The position numbers were made by a program, and so were the translations under genes. Below are positions 1 through 7,253 of a stretch of DNA of 20,648 bases, in pieces. The first letter of the stretch is position 1; each line of letters begins with the position of its first letter. Source of the stretch: an uncultured Candidatus Rokubacteria bacterium (GTDB taxonomy: Bacteria; Methylomirabilota; Methylomirabilia; Rokubacteriales; DASRDR01); contig CAVPSB010000040.1 in the NCBI GenBank assembly GCA_963708025.1, positions 1 through 20,648 of the forward strand, given 5' to 3'. The notes beneath the pieces are model-generated. The model saw only the letters and a program-made list of their open reading frames with translations, had not been told where the DNA came from and did not search any database.

Positions 1-99
1 CCTCCGGGCCCCGGAGCAAGGGCCGCCCTTGCCAGCCCTCCCGGCTCGTTGCTCTGATGTGGGCCGTTCCGCGGCCGGCGGAGGGGTCAGGCTTCGTGG

Positions 100-459
100 A
101 TGACCGCGGTAGAGTGGTGCCGCGAGCACGAAAGCCGGTCGCCCACCCCTCCTGCTACCGCGGGCAGCCCCGCGGCGTCCCCTAGCGGAACCGGGAACGC
201 CCCCTGGCCCCGTGACTTCTCGGAGGGCGGCCGCACGTACGTCATCTACCAGCCGCAGATCGAGAAGTGGGACGGCACGCGGCTCCACGCGCAGGCGGCC
301 GTCTCGGTCGCCCCGGCCAGCGTGGTGGTCTACGGGACCGGTTACGTGTACCCGCCCGTCTACGTGGGCGCGTACTATTACCCCGCGCCCGTGACCTACG
401 GGTATGGCGCCGGGTTCGCGTCCCGAGGTGGAGACGGCCCGCCGATATCTCGCGAGTAA
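100..459 (+). pseudogene. Internally deleted remnant of a large secreted protein (family often annotated 'carbohydrate-binding family V/XII')
   Basis: WPRDFSEGGRTYVIYQPQIEKWDGTRLHAQAAVSV resembles the N-terminus, and VVVYGTGYVYPPVYVGAYYYPAPVTYGYG a far downstream segment, of a family I recall as several hundred aa long. Here the two are directly joined and no signal peptide is evident. Confidence 0.55.
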
Positions 460-561
460 GTGAACGCGCGAAGACACGTGTTCTCGGGTTTGCGTCGGTA
501 GTCCTGGCTAGGCACGGTCCACTGGATCGATGCTGTCAGGACCGGCCCGCTCGATTCCTGC

Positions 562-918
562 TTGGCCGACAAACTGGCCGACGGCCGGGCGGGCCGCCGG
601 CTGGCGGCGTGGAACACGCGCCGGGTGCCGACGCGCCTCACCCCGGGGTGGACGAATCGGCTGTTTGTGGCGTGCGACGGCTGGTGGTGCGGCTACTTCC
701 CGCTGGCGGGCGACGTGCTCTGGAACCCGAAGGACGCGGCGGCGCCCTACGCGCTCATCTTCGACCCTCGCCGCTGGACGCGGATCGCGGCCGTGCGCTC
801 GCCGCGATTCCAGGGATGGCGGTACCTCGAGTTACCGCCCAAGAGCGCGACTCCATCGTCGGACGAGCCGTTCGACCCAGCCGACGAGGACGGAAGTACC
901 CTTCCAAGAACTTCTTGA
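562..918 (+). CDS. Hypothetical Trp-rich protein, possibly ASCH/PUA-like; start uncertain or decayed
   Basis: Coding-like composition with AWNTRRVP, RLFVACDGWWCGYF and a C-terminal PRFQGWRYL motif. The frame is open upstream to a stop at 499-501, with no ATG or clear SD. Confidence 0.5.
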   Translation: MADKLADGRAGRRLAAWNTRRVPTRLTPGWTNRLFVACDGWWCGYFPLAGDVLWNPKDAAAPYALIFDPRRWTRIAAVRSPRFQGWRYLELPPKSATPSSDEPFDPADEDGSTLPRTS

Positions 919-945
919 AGAAGCGCGATCAAGCGCTGGCGCTCC

Positions 946-982
946 TTCCCCCACCGGCTACGTCAAGATTTCCCCCACCGGC
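946..982. repeat. 13-bp direct repeat TTCCCCCACCGGC (946-958, 970-982)
   Basis: Exact repeat read from the sequence, 24-bp period. Confidence 0.8.
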
Positions 983-1070
983 CGTGACATGGTCGCCCCA
1001 TCGACGGTTCGCGCCACTCTGATTCATTCGTCCGTTACGGGGCGCAAACGGGCCAGGGCGCAAGCGCGGA

Positions 1071-1901
1071 TTAGCCACCACAGGTGCCGCCGGCCTGGTT
1101 GTTGAGTTCGTTGGATTCGCTGACGAGGCCCGTCGAGTCTACGGCGATCCTGAATGTGCAATCGGGCCTGAAACACCCTGCCGGGAAGGTTACGAACAGA
1201 TCGACGGAGGTTCCGGCCGGGATGGCCGGTGTCGCCACCAACTGGTTTTCGCCGGTGGCAAATTCGATTCTCGTTACCGAAGCATCGGCGTCGGCAGTTC
1301 CCTGGTTTTTGACGGTAACTATCAATCTTCCGGCGATGTCTCTCTTGCAGAAGTTACTATCTGCGTCCGGCACCGGAATCAAGTCCGCCTGAGCCAGGCG
1401 TCGCGCCGGCACTCGTTCCAAATTCATGGTGTCAACCCGGCTGCCAAAGAACGCGGTAGAACCAGTCGTGTACACTGCCACTACATCGATTTCTGTCCGG
1501 CTCTCGAAGACCACGAATCCCTTCAGGAAGCGGGGCCGGTTAAGCCCCAAAACCTCAAAAATGTCGGCGCAGCTGAAGTCCATCGCTCCGTCGGGCGGAA
1601 GTTGCAGCTCGGAGAATCGGGTCACAAATAAGTCCTCGCCCGGCGTGGCCAGGGCGATTTTCTTTCTAAAGCGCACGGTCTCCACGAGGGGATTGTGCAG
1701 GTTAATTGACGTGAAGTATCTTCCGCGGGCCAGGACCTGGAACCGTCCGGTAGGCGAGGTCTCGCAGATGAACTTCACGGCATATTGAAAAGGTAAAGGC
1801 GGCGGCGTCTGCGCTCGCGCAGATCGATGGGCGGTAGGAAAGATTGCCGGCGATATGGTCGCCAGCAACACGATCGATGCCGGAAGAAAATTTCCTCGCA
1901 T
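1071..1901 (-). CDS. Secreted protein: uncharacterised N-terminal domain (FQYAVKFIC motif) plus C-terminal CARDB-like Ig-fold domain
   Basis: Signal peptide ending ARA-Q; ADLIPV...LIVTVKNQGTADA...VDSTGLVSESNELNN is the CARDB signature; SD GGAGGTGAG before the ATG; GC 50-57% in two sampled 60-nt lines. Confidence 0.85.
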   Translation of the reverse strand: MRGNFLPASIVLLATISPAIFPTAHRSARAQTPPPLPFQYAVKFICETSPTGRFQVLARGRYFTSINLHNPLVETVRFRKKIALATPGEDLFVTRFSELQLPPDGAMDFSCADIFEVLGLNRPRFLKGFVVFESRTEIDVVAVYTTGSTAFFGSRVDTMNLERVPARRLAQADLIPVPDADSNFCKRDIAGRLIVTVKNQGTADADASVTRIEFATGENQLVATPAIPAGTSVDLFVTFPAGCFRPDCTFRIAVDSTGLVSESNELNNQAGGTCGG

Positions 1902-1919
1902 GGCTCACCTCCTGTCTGG

Positions 1920-2361
1920 GTGATCTCCTCGGTCGGCAGGCCACGGGCCTCGCGGAGCGTCAGCGCCACCTGAGCGTCGGGCGAGAGGACGGGGTGGCAG
2001 CAGGTGAAGATCAGGCGAAGCCGGTCCTCCTCGATGTCCTCGGCTTCTCCCGGCATGTGGCCTATGGTCTCTGCCTCGAGGCGCTCGGCCAGCTTCGCCT
2101 GGGAGGCGTCGAAGCGGCGCGGCGGCGCATGGCGTCGATGGCCTCGAAGCGGCCGGTGACACGAGCCAGGCTCGCGGATTGGCCGGCGTGCCCTCGCGCG
2201 GCCACTGCTCGACCGCCGCGGCGAAGGCTTCGTGCAGCGCCTCCTCGGCCAGGTCGATGCCGCCGAGCGGGCGGACGAGCGTTGGCGAGGACGCGGCGAG
2301 GCTCGGCTCGGTAGACCGCGTCCACCGCCCCGCGGGCACGGTTGACGGTGGGATCGCTCAT
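1920..2361 (-). pseudogene. ECF42-type RNA polymerase sigma factor, three frameshifts and 3'-truncated
   Basis: Reassembled from three frames: MSDPT..AVYRAEPRRVLA / LVRPLGGIDLAEEALHEAFAAAVEQWPREGTPANPRAWLV / TGRFEAIDAMRRR / RFDAS..EDRLRLIFTCCHPVLSPDAQVALTLRE..GLPTEEI. Indels near 2282 (+1), 2158 (-1) and 2115 (-1). It lies downstream of DGPF/YciI genes, as is typical for ECF42. Confidence 0.9.
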
Positions 2362-2376
2362 CGGCACGTGTGCTGG

Positions 2377-2733
2377 CTAGGAGTGCTTCAGCTCCCGGAC
2401 GGGGCGGACTTCGATGACTCCGATGCGCGCCGGCGGGAACCGGGAGGCCACCGCGCACGCCTCGTCCATGTCCTTGGCCTCGATCAGGAAGAACCCGCCG
2501 AGCTGTTCCTTCGTCTCGGCAAACGGGCCGTCGGTGGTCAACACCTTCCCGCCGCGGACCCGGATGGTCCGGGCGGTGGACGAGAACTGCAAAGCGTTGG
2601 AGACGATGAAGTGGCCACTTCGCCGGAGCTCGTCCATGTACTCCAGGGCCGAGTCGACGAGCGCTTGCCTCTCGCGCTCGGGCAGCGCGTCCAGTTCGTT
2701 CTCGTCGTGGTAGATCATGAACATGAACTTCAT
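2377..2733 (-). CDS. YciI/DGPFAETKE family protein
   Basis: TDGPFAETKEQLGGFFLIEA...IEVRPV signature; SD GAGGAGG upstream. Confidence 0.95.
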   Translation of the reverse strand: MKFMFMIYHDENELDALPERERQALVDSALEYMDELRRSGHFIVSNALQFSSTARTIRVRGGKVLTTDGPFAETKEQLGGFFLIEAKDMDEACAVASRFPPARIGVIEVRPVRELKHS

Positions 2734-2743
2734 TGCGTCCTCC

Positions 2744-3075
2744 TCAGAGCCGGAGCTCCCCGATCGGTCTCACCTCGATGCTCCCACGGCGCGCCAGCGG
2801 GATGCTCACCACCACCTGGATGGCCTCGTTCAGGTCCCGGGCCTCGATCAGGATGAACCCGCCCAGCTGCTCGGTCGCTTCGGCGAAGGGGCCCGTCGGT
2901 GGTGAAAAGCTCGCCGCTCCGCACCCGACCGTGGTCGCCGCCTCCACCGGCTGCAGCGCGTGGGCGACGATGAGATGGCCGGCCCGGCGGAGGGCGTCGT
3001 CGTAGGCCAGGCTCTCGGCGGTGCACGGATCCGCCTCCGTCTTGGTGATCGCGCCCATGTCCTTCTTGACAAGAT
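2744..3075 (-). pseudogene. Degenerate YciI/DGPF family paralogue (N-terminus lost, compensating frameshifts)
   Basis: ESLAYDDALRRAGHLIVAHALQPVEAATTV...GPFAEATEQLGGFILIEARDLNEAIQ; the conserved RVRSGELFTTDG segment sits in another frame; no start codon at the expected position. Confidence 0.8.
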
Positions 3076-3341
3076 TCGAGCCAGATCCGCCGCGGCGCAA
3101 GTGGTGGGCGTCAGACTCTCGGACGACGTCACCCCGCACGTGGACGTGGCATGGGCCGCGTTCGGGGCAGCGCCCAGTGCGGGGCCGACGCGGCGGCGCT
3201 GGTGGCCGAGGCCGAGCGCGACGGGATCCGCCAGGCGCCCTGATCCACGCGGGCCTCGGGGCCTGCGACCCGGCGGGGAAGCGTCGAGCGGGCAGTGCTC
3301 AACGCCGGAGACAGCTGGCTCGCCCCAGGAGGGGGAAGGCG

Positions 3342-3640
3342 CTACGCGTCCGGGAAACCCTTGAGACGCCGCGCGCCGTGGTGAATGGTCAGGATCTCGA
3401 CCTCGTCTCCCTGCGCAGCCGATAGATCACGCGGTAACTCCGCACGATCACCTCGCGGATGTCGTCTCGGCCCATCTCGGGAACCATTCGGCCCGAGCGC
3501 GGAAACTCCGACAGGCGGTCGGTCGCGCGAAACACACGCGCCGCCATGACCTCGGCGTACCGCGGCGCGTCGCGCGCAATGAAGAGGCAGATCGCGTCGA
3601 GGTCATCCAGAGCCTGGTCGGTCCAGGTTACGCGAGCCAC
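3342..3640 (-). pseudogene. RelE/ParE-family type II toxin, frameshifted near 3410 (ORF as read 3389-3640)
   Basis: MARVTWTDQALDDLDAI..FPRSGRMVPE..IREVIVRSYRVIYR. The expected C-terminus DEVEILTIHHGARRLKGFPDA* is in another frame, ending at TAG 3342-3344. Confidence 0.85.
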
Positions 3641-3810
3641 CGGGCCATGCGCTGCCGAGCCTCATCCTGGGAGACCTTCCGGCCGGCATCTGCCTGCGCG
3701 ATCCCGCGCTCGATCTTGTCCAGGAGGTAGAGACGCTCCATCACGTCCGCTATCGTGACATCGTCCGGCAACTCCTGAACCAGCTTGACCAGATCGTCCT
3801 TGGTGGGCAC
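3628..3810 (-). CDS. Putative antitoxin (60 aa) of the RelE/ParE pair
   Basis: (M)PTKDDLVKLVQELPDDVTIADVMERLYLLDKIERGIAQADAGRKVSQDEARQRMARWLA is typical of antitoxins preceding ParE-like toxins; SD AGGAGGTG at 3817-3824; overlaps the toxin start by 13 nt. Confidence 0.85.
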   Translation of the reverse strand: MPTKDDLVKLVQELPDDVTIADVMERLYLLDKIERGIAQADAGRKVSQDEARQRMARWLA

Positions 3811-3832
3811 AGGGCTCACCTCCTGCCGACCT

Positions 3833-3841
3833 AGTCTACCA
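3833..3841 (-). promoter_or_regulatory. Extended -10 element (TGgTAGACT) for the toxin-antitoxin operon
   Basis: Motif lies 8 nt upstream of the antitoxin SD. Confidence 0.5.
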
Positions 3842-3963
3842 TCGCGCTCCGGCACGAGCCTCGGGCCGCTCAGGGCAGGCCACGACCGGCTGGGAGCGCC
3901 ACCGACGCCGCACCCTGGGACGACGGCGGGATGGCCGACGCGCGGGCTCCGTCGAGTAAGATA

Positions 3964-3990
3964 CCTCCCGGAGGCTTCCCCTCCGGGAGG
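3964..3990 (+). promoter_or_regulatory. Perfect 11-bp inverted repeat covering the SD of the HEAT lipoprotein
   Basis: CCTCCCGGAGG-cttcc-CCTCCGGGAGG; GGAGG at 3986-3990, ATG at 3995; a -10-like TAAGAT at 3957-3962. Confidence 0.6.
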
Positions 3991-3994
3991 GCAC

Positions 3995-5932
3995 ATGCGA
4001 GCGGAGTGGCGCCGGCTGGCGTGCGTGGCGATGGGGATCGCGCTAGTGACGCTGGGCTGCGCCGATCTCCGGGAGATCACCGCCAGCCCGGAGGAGCTGC
4101 GGCGACAGCAGCAGGAGCGGGCGGAGACCGAGCGCCGCGGCCAGGGCGAGCAGGCGCGCGCGACGCTCGCCCGGAGCGCCGACCCGCGGGCGCGGGTGGA
4201 GGCGGCCCGGCAGCTCGGCACGCTCAAGGCCGCGGCGGCGGTCCCCGAGCTGACCGCCGCCCTGCGCGATCCGGACGCCGAGGTCCGGGCGGCCGCCGCG
4301 GACGCGCTCCGCGAGCTCGGCGAGCCGGCGCGCGAGGCGGGGCCGGCGCTGCGAGCGGCGATCACGACGGAGCCGGACGGCCGGGCCATCGTCGCGATGG
4401 CGTGGGCGTTGATCGGGCTCAAGGTGGACGCCAAGGAGCTCGTCGCCCCCCTCCGGAAGGCGCTGCGGCACGACGAGCTCCGCACGCGGTTCTCGGCCGC
4501 CCTCGCCCTCGACGGCGACGTGGACCCGGCCGAGATCTTTCCCGTGTACCTCGAGGCCGTCGGCACACCGCTCGGCAAGGCCCAGCGCTCCGCCACCGAT
4601 CCCGTCCAGCGCCTCGACCGGCTGATCAAGGCCAGGCACGACCGGCGCTTCGTCGCCCCGCTCCTCGACGCGCTCGAGCGCGGCAACCCCGGGCAGCGGG
4701 CGGCCGCCTGCCGCCTCCTCGCCGAGTACTTCGAGGGGTACCGCGTGGCCCAGGCCCTGCAGCGAAGGATGGAGGCGCCGCCCCCCACGGTCCTGCCGGC
4801 CATCGGCCGGCGGCTGCAGGACCCCGAGGCGGAGGTCCGGGCGGCGGCCGCCTACGCGCTGCGGGACGTCAGCCTCGCGGCGAAGAGCACCGGGCCGGCC
4901 CTGGTCACGGCGCTGCGGGATCCAGAGGAGCGGGTCCGCGCCGCCGCCGCGTCGGCCCTGGGCAGCCTCGGCGGCGACTACACCCCGACGCCGGGGGCCG
5001 TTCCCTCGCTGGCCGTCGCCCTCCGGGATTCGAGCCCCGACGTGCGGCAGAACGCGGCGCGGGCACTCGGCCAGATCGGCCCGGGGGCGAGGGACGCGGC
5101 CGCCGCGCTCACCGCGGCGGCCACCGACCCGAACGAGGACGTCCGCCGCGCCGCGACGACGGCCCTCGGAAACGTCAACAGCCCGGCCCGGCCGGGGACA
5201 CCCGGCCCGCCCAGAGCGCCGGCCCCCGCGTCGGTGGCCGTCCTGACGGACACCCTCCGGGACCCCGACCCGCGCGTCCGGAGCAGCGCGATCGAGGCGC
5301 TGGGGCAGATCGGGCCCGGGGCCAAGGCGGCCGGCCCGTCGCTGGTCCCGCTGCTGCGCGATCCCGATCCGGGCGTCCGGCTCCAGACGGCGTGGACCCT
5401 CGGCAGCATCGGCAGCGACGGATCGCCGGTCCCGGGCTCGGTCCCCGGGCTCGCCGCCGCGCTCGCCGATCCCGACCCGCGGGTCCGCGCGGCGGGGGCC
5501 CAGTCGCTGGCGAGAGTCAAGGCGTCCGCCGGCGCGGCAGGCCCGGGCCTCGTCGCCGCGCTCAGGGACCCCGAGCCCGAGGTCCGCCTCGCCGCGGCGT
5601 ACGCGATCGGCGAGATCCGCGCCGTCCCGCCGGGCGCGGTGCCGGCGCTGGTCCAGAAGCTCAGCGACCCCGAGCCGCGGATGCGGTTGACGGCCGCCGT
5701 CGCGCTGGGCCAGCTCGGGCCGGCGGCCAGGGACGCCGTCCCCGCCCTCGCCCAGGTGCTCCAGCGCGATCCGGACGCCAACGTGCGCCTCCCCGCCTGC
5801 GCGGCGCTCCGGGAGCTCGGACCGCTCGCGAAGGACGCGCTCCCGGCCATGCAGGCCGCGCTCCGGGACTCCTACCCGTACGTCCGGGAGTGCGCGCAGC
5901 TCGGCATCCAGCGGATCGGCGGCGCGCGGTGA
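3995..5932 (+). CDS. HEAT/PBS-lyase-like repeat lipoprotein (645 aa)
   Basis: Signal peptide with lipobox VTLG-C; about 16 repeats of L-x-D-P-D/E-x-x-V-R-x-x-A-A-x-A-L-G; no catalytic domain evident. Confidence 0.9.
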   Translation: MRAEWRRLACVAMGIALVTLGCADLREITASPEELRRQQQERAETERRGQGEQARATLARSADPRARVEAARQLGTLKAAAAVPELTAALRDPDAEVRAAAADALRELGEPAREAGPALRAAITTEPDGRAIVAMAWALIGLKVDAKELVAPLRKALRHDELRTRFSAALALDGDVDPAEIFPVYLEAVGTPLGKAQRSATDPVQRLDRLIKARHDRRFVAPLLDALERGNPGQRAAACRLLAEYFEGYRVAQALQRRMEAPPPTVLPAIGRRLQDPEAEVRAAAAYALRDVSLAAKSTGPALVTALRDPEERVRAAAASALGSLGGDYTPTPGAVPSLAVALRDSSPDVRQNAARALGQIGPGARDAAAALTAAATDPNEDVRRAATTALGNVNSPARPGTPGPPRAPAPASVAVLTDTLRDPDPRVRSSAIEALGQIGPGAKAAGPSLVPLLRDPDPGVRLQTAWTLGSIGSDGSPVPGSVPGLAAALADPDPRVRAAGAQSLARVKASAGAAGPGLVAALRDPEPEVRLAAAYAIGEIRAVPPGAVPALVQKLSDPEPRMRLTAAVALGQLGPAARDAVPALAQVLQRDPDANVRLPACAALRELGPLAKDALPAMQAALRDSYPYVRECAQLGIQRIGGAR

Positions 5933-5988
5933 CGCGGCCACCGTCTCGGTAGCCGCGCCCTGCCCCCCGGCCCGGCGCCCGCGTCGCG

Positions 5989-7239
5989 GTGATCGGCCCC
6001 CGGCCGTTCTACGGCTGGTGGATCGTGGCCGCCGGCTTCGGCCTCGAGGCCCTGATCGGCGCGCTCATGTTCCACGCCTACGGCGCGTACGCGGTGCTCC
6101 TCCGCGAGGAGTTCGGCTGGAGCAAGACGCTGCTCTCGGCGGCGTTCTCGATGGCCCGGGCGGAGAGCGGGATTTTGGGGCCGGTCCAGGGCTGGCTCAC
6201 CGACCGGCTGGGTCCCCGGATCCTGATCCGCGTGGGGATGACGATCTTCGGGGCCGGCTTCATGCTGTTCAGCCAGATCGGCTCGCCGCCCGCCTTCTTC
6301 GTGGCGTTCTTCATGATGGCGCTCGGCTCGAGCCTCGGGGGCTTCCTCCCGATCGGCGTCGCGATCGTCACCTGGTTCCGGCGACGCCGGGCGCTCGCCC
6401 TCGGCATCAGCGCGACCGGGATGGCGGTGGGCGGGCTCCTGACCCCACTCGTCGTCATCGCGCTCACCCGCCTGGGCTGGCGGTGGACCGCGTTCCTCTC
6501 GGGCGTCCTCGTGCTCGCCGTGGGCCTGCCCCTGGCCCAGCTCGTCCGCCACCGCCCCGAGGTCTACGGCCTTCGCCCCGACGGCGACCCGCCGGAGGGC
6601 CGGCGGGATCCCGCCACGCCGGCCGGGGGCCGGGACGGCCGGGACTTCACCGCGCGCGAGGCCATCCGGACCCCGACGTTCTGGTACGTCGCGCTCGGGC
6701 ACGGCTCGGCACTGCTCGTCGTCTCGGCCGTGCTCGTCCACATGGCCATCCACGTGACGGAGCGCCTGGGCTTCTCGCTGGCCCAGGCCGCCTCGGTCGT
6801 GGCCCTGATGACCATGATGCAGGTGGCCGGTCACATCGGCGGCGGGTGGGCCGGCGATCGCTACAACAAGCGGGCGATGGCGGCCGGCTGCATGCTGGGG
6901 CACGCCGGCGGGCTCCTGATGCTCGCCTTCGCGTCGGCGTACTGGATGGTCCTGGGGTTCGCGGTGCTCCACGGGCTGGCATGGGGCGTCCGGGGGCCAC
7001 TCATGTCCGCGATCCGCGCGGACTACTTCGGGAGCACGTCGTTCGGGACGATCACCGGGGTGTCGTCGATGGTCGTGATGTTCGGGATGATGGGGGGGCC
7101 GCTCGTCGCCGGGGTGCTGGCCGACCGTACCGGGAGCTACGTGCTCGGCTTCTCGATCCTGGCCGCGCTGGCCGCGACCGGCTCGGTCTTCTTCCTGCTC
7201 GCCCGGCGCCCGCGCCGACCGGCGGCCGAGCGCGCCTGA
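5989..7239 (+). CDS. MFS transporter (OFA/monocarboxylate-like)
   Basis: FYGWWIV start, motif A GWLTDRLGPR and GWAGDRYNKR, about 12 hydrophobic segments, ADYFG..FGTI. Confidence 0.92.
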   Translation: MIGPRPFYGWWIVAAGFGLEALIGALMFHAYGAYAVLLREEFGWSKTLLSAAFSMARAESGILGPVQGWLTDRLGPRILIRVGMTIFGAGFMLFSQIGSPPAFFVAFFMMALGSSLGGFLPIGVAIVTWFRRRRALALGISATGMAVGGLLTPLVVIALTRLGWRWTAFLSGVLVLAVGLPLAQLVRHRPEVYGLRPDGDPPEGRRDPATPAGGRDGRDFTAREAIRTPTFWYVALGHGSALLVVSAVLVHMAIHVTERLGFSLAQAASVVALMTMMQVAGHIGGGWAGDRYNKRAMAAGCMLGHAGGLLMLAFASAYWMVLGFAVLHGLAWGVRGPLMSAIRADYFGSTSFGTITGVSSMVVMFGMMGGPLVAGVLADRTGSYVLGFSILAALAATGSVFFLLARRPRRPAAERA

Positions 7240-7253
7240 CCCGGCAACGCCGG

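Noticed and set aside
940..1925. CARDB gene as an integron cassette
   Set aside because: Promoterless and foreign-looking, but there is no RYYYAAC...GTTRRRY attC structure after the stop and no integrase in the window.
3400..3420. Programmed ribosomal frameshift in the toxin
   Set aside because: No recognisable slippery heptamer at the shift site; a mutation or sequencing error is simpler.
1902..3825. Repeated GGCTCACCTCCTG at 1902-1914 and 3813-3825
   Set aside because: Both copies are the reverse complement of an extended Shine-Dalgarno sequence ahead of start codons; no need to invoke a target-site duplication.
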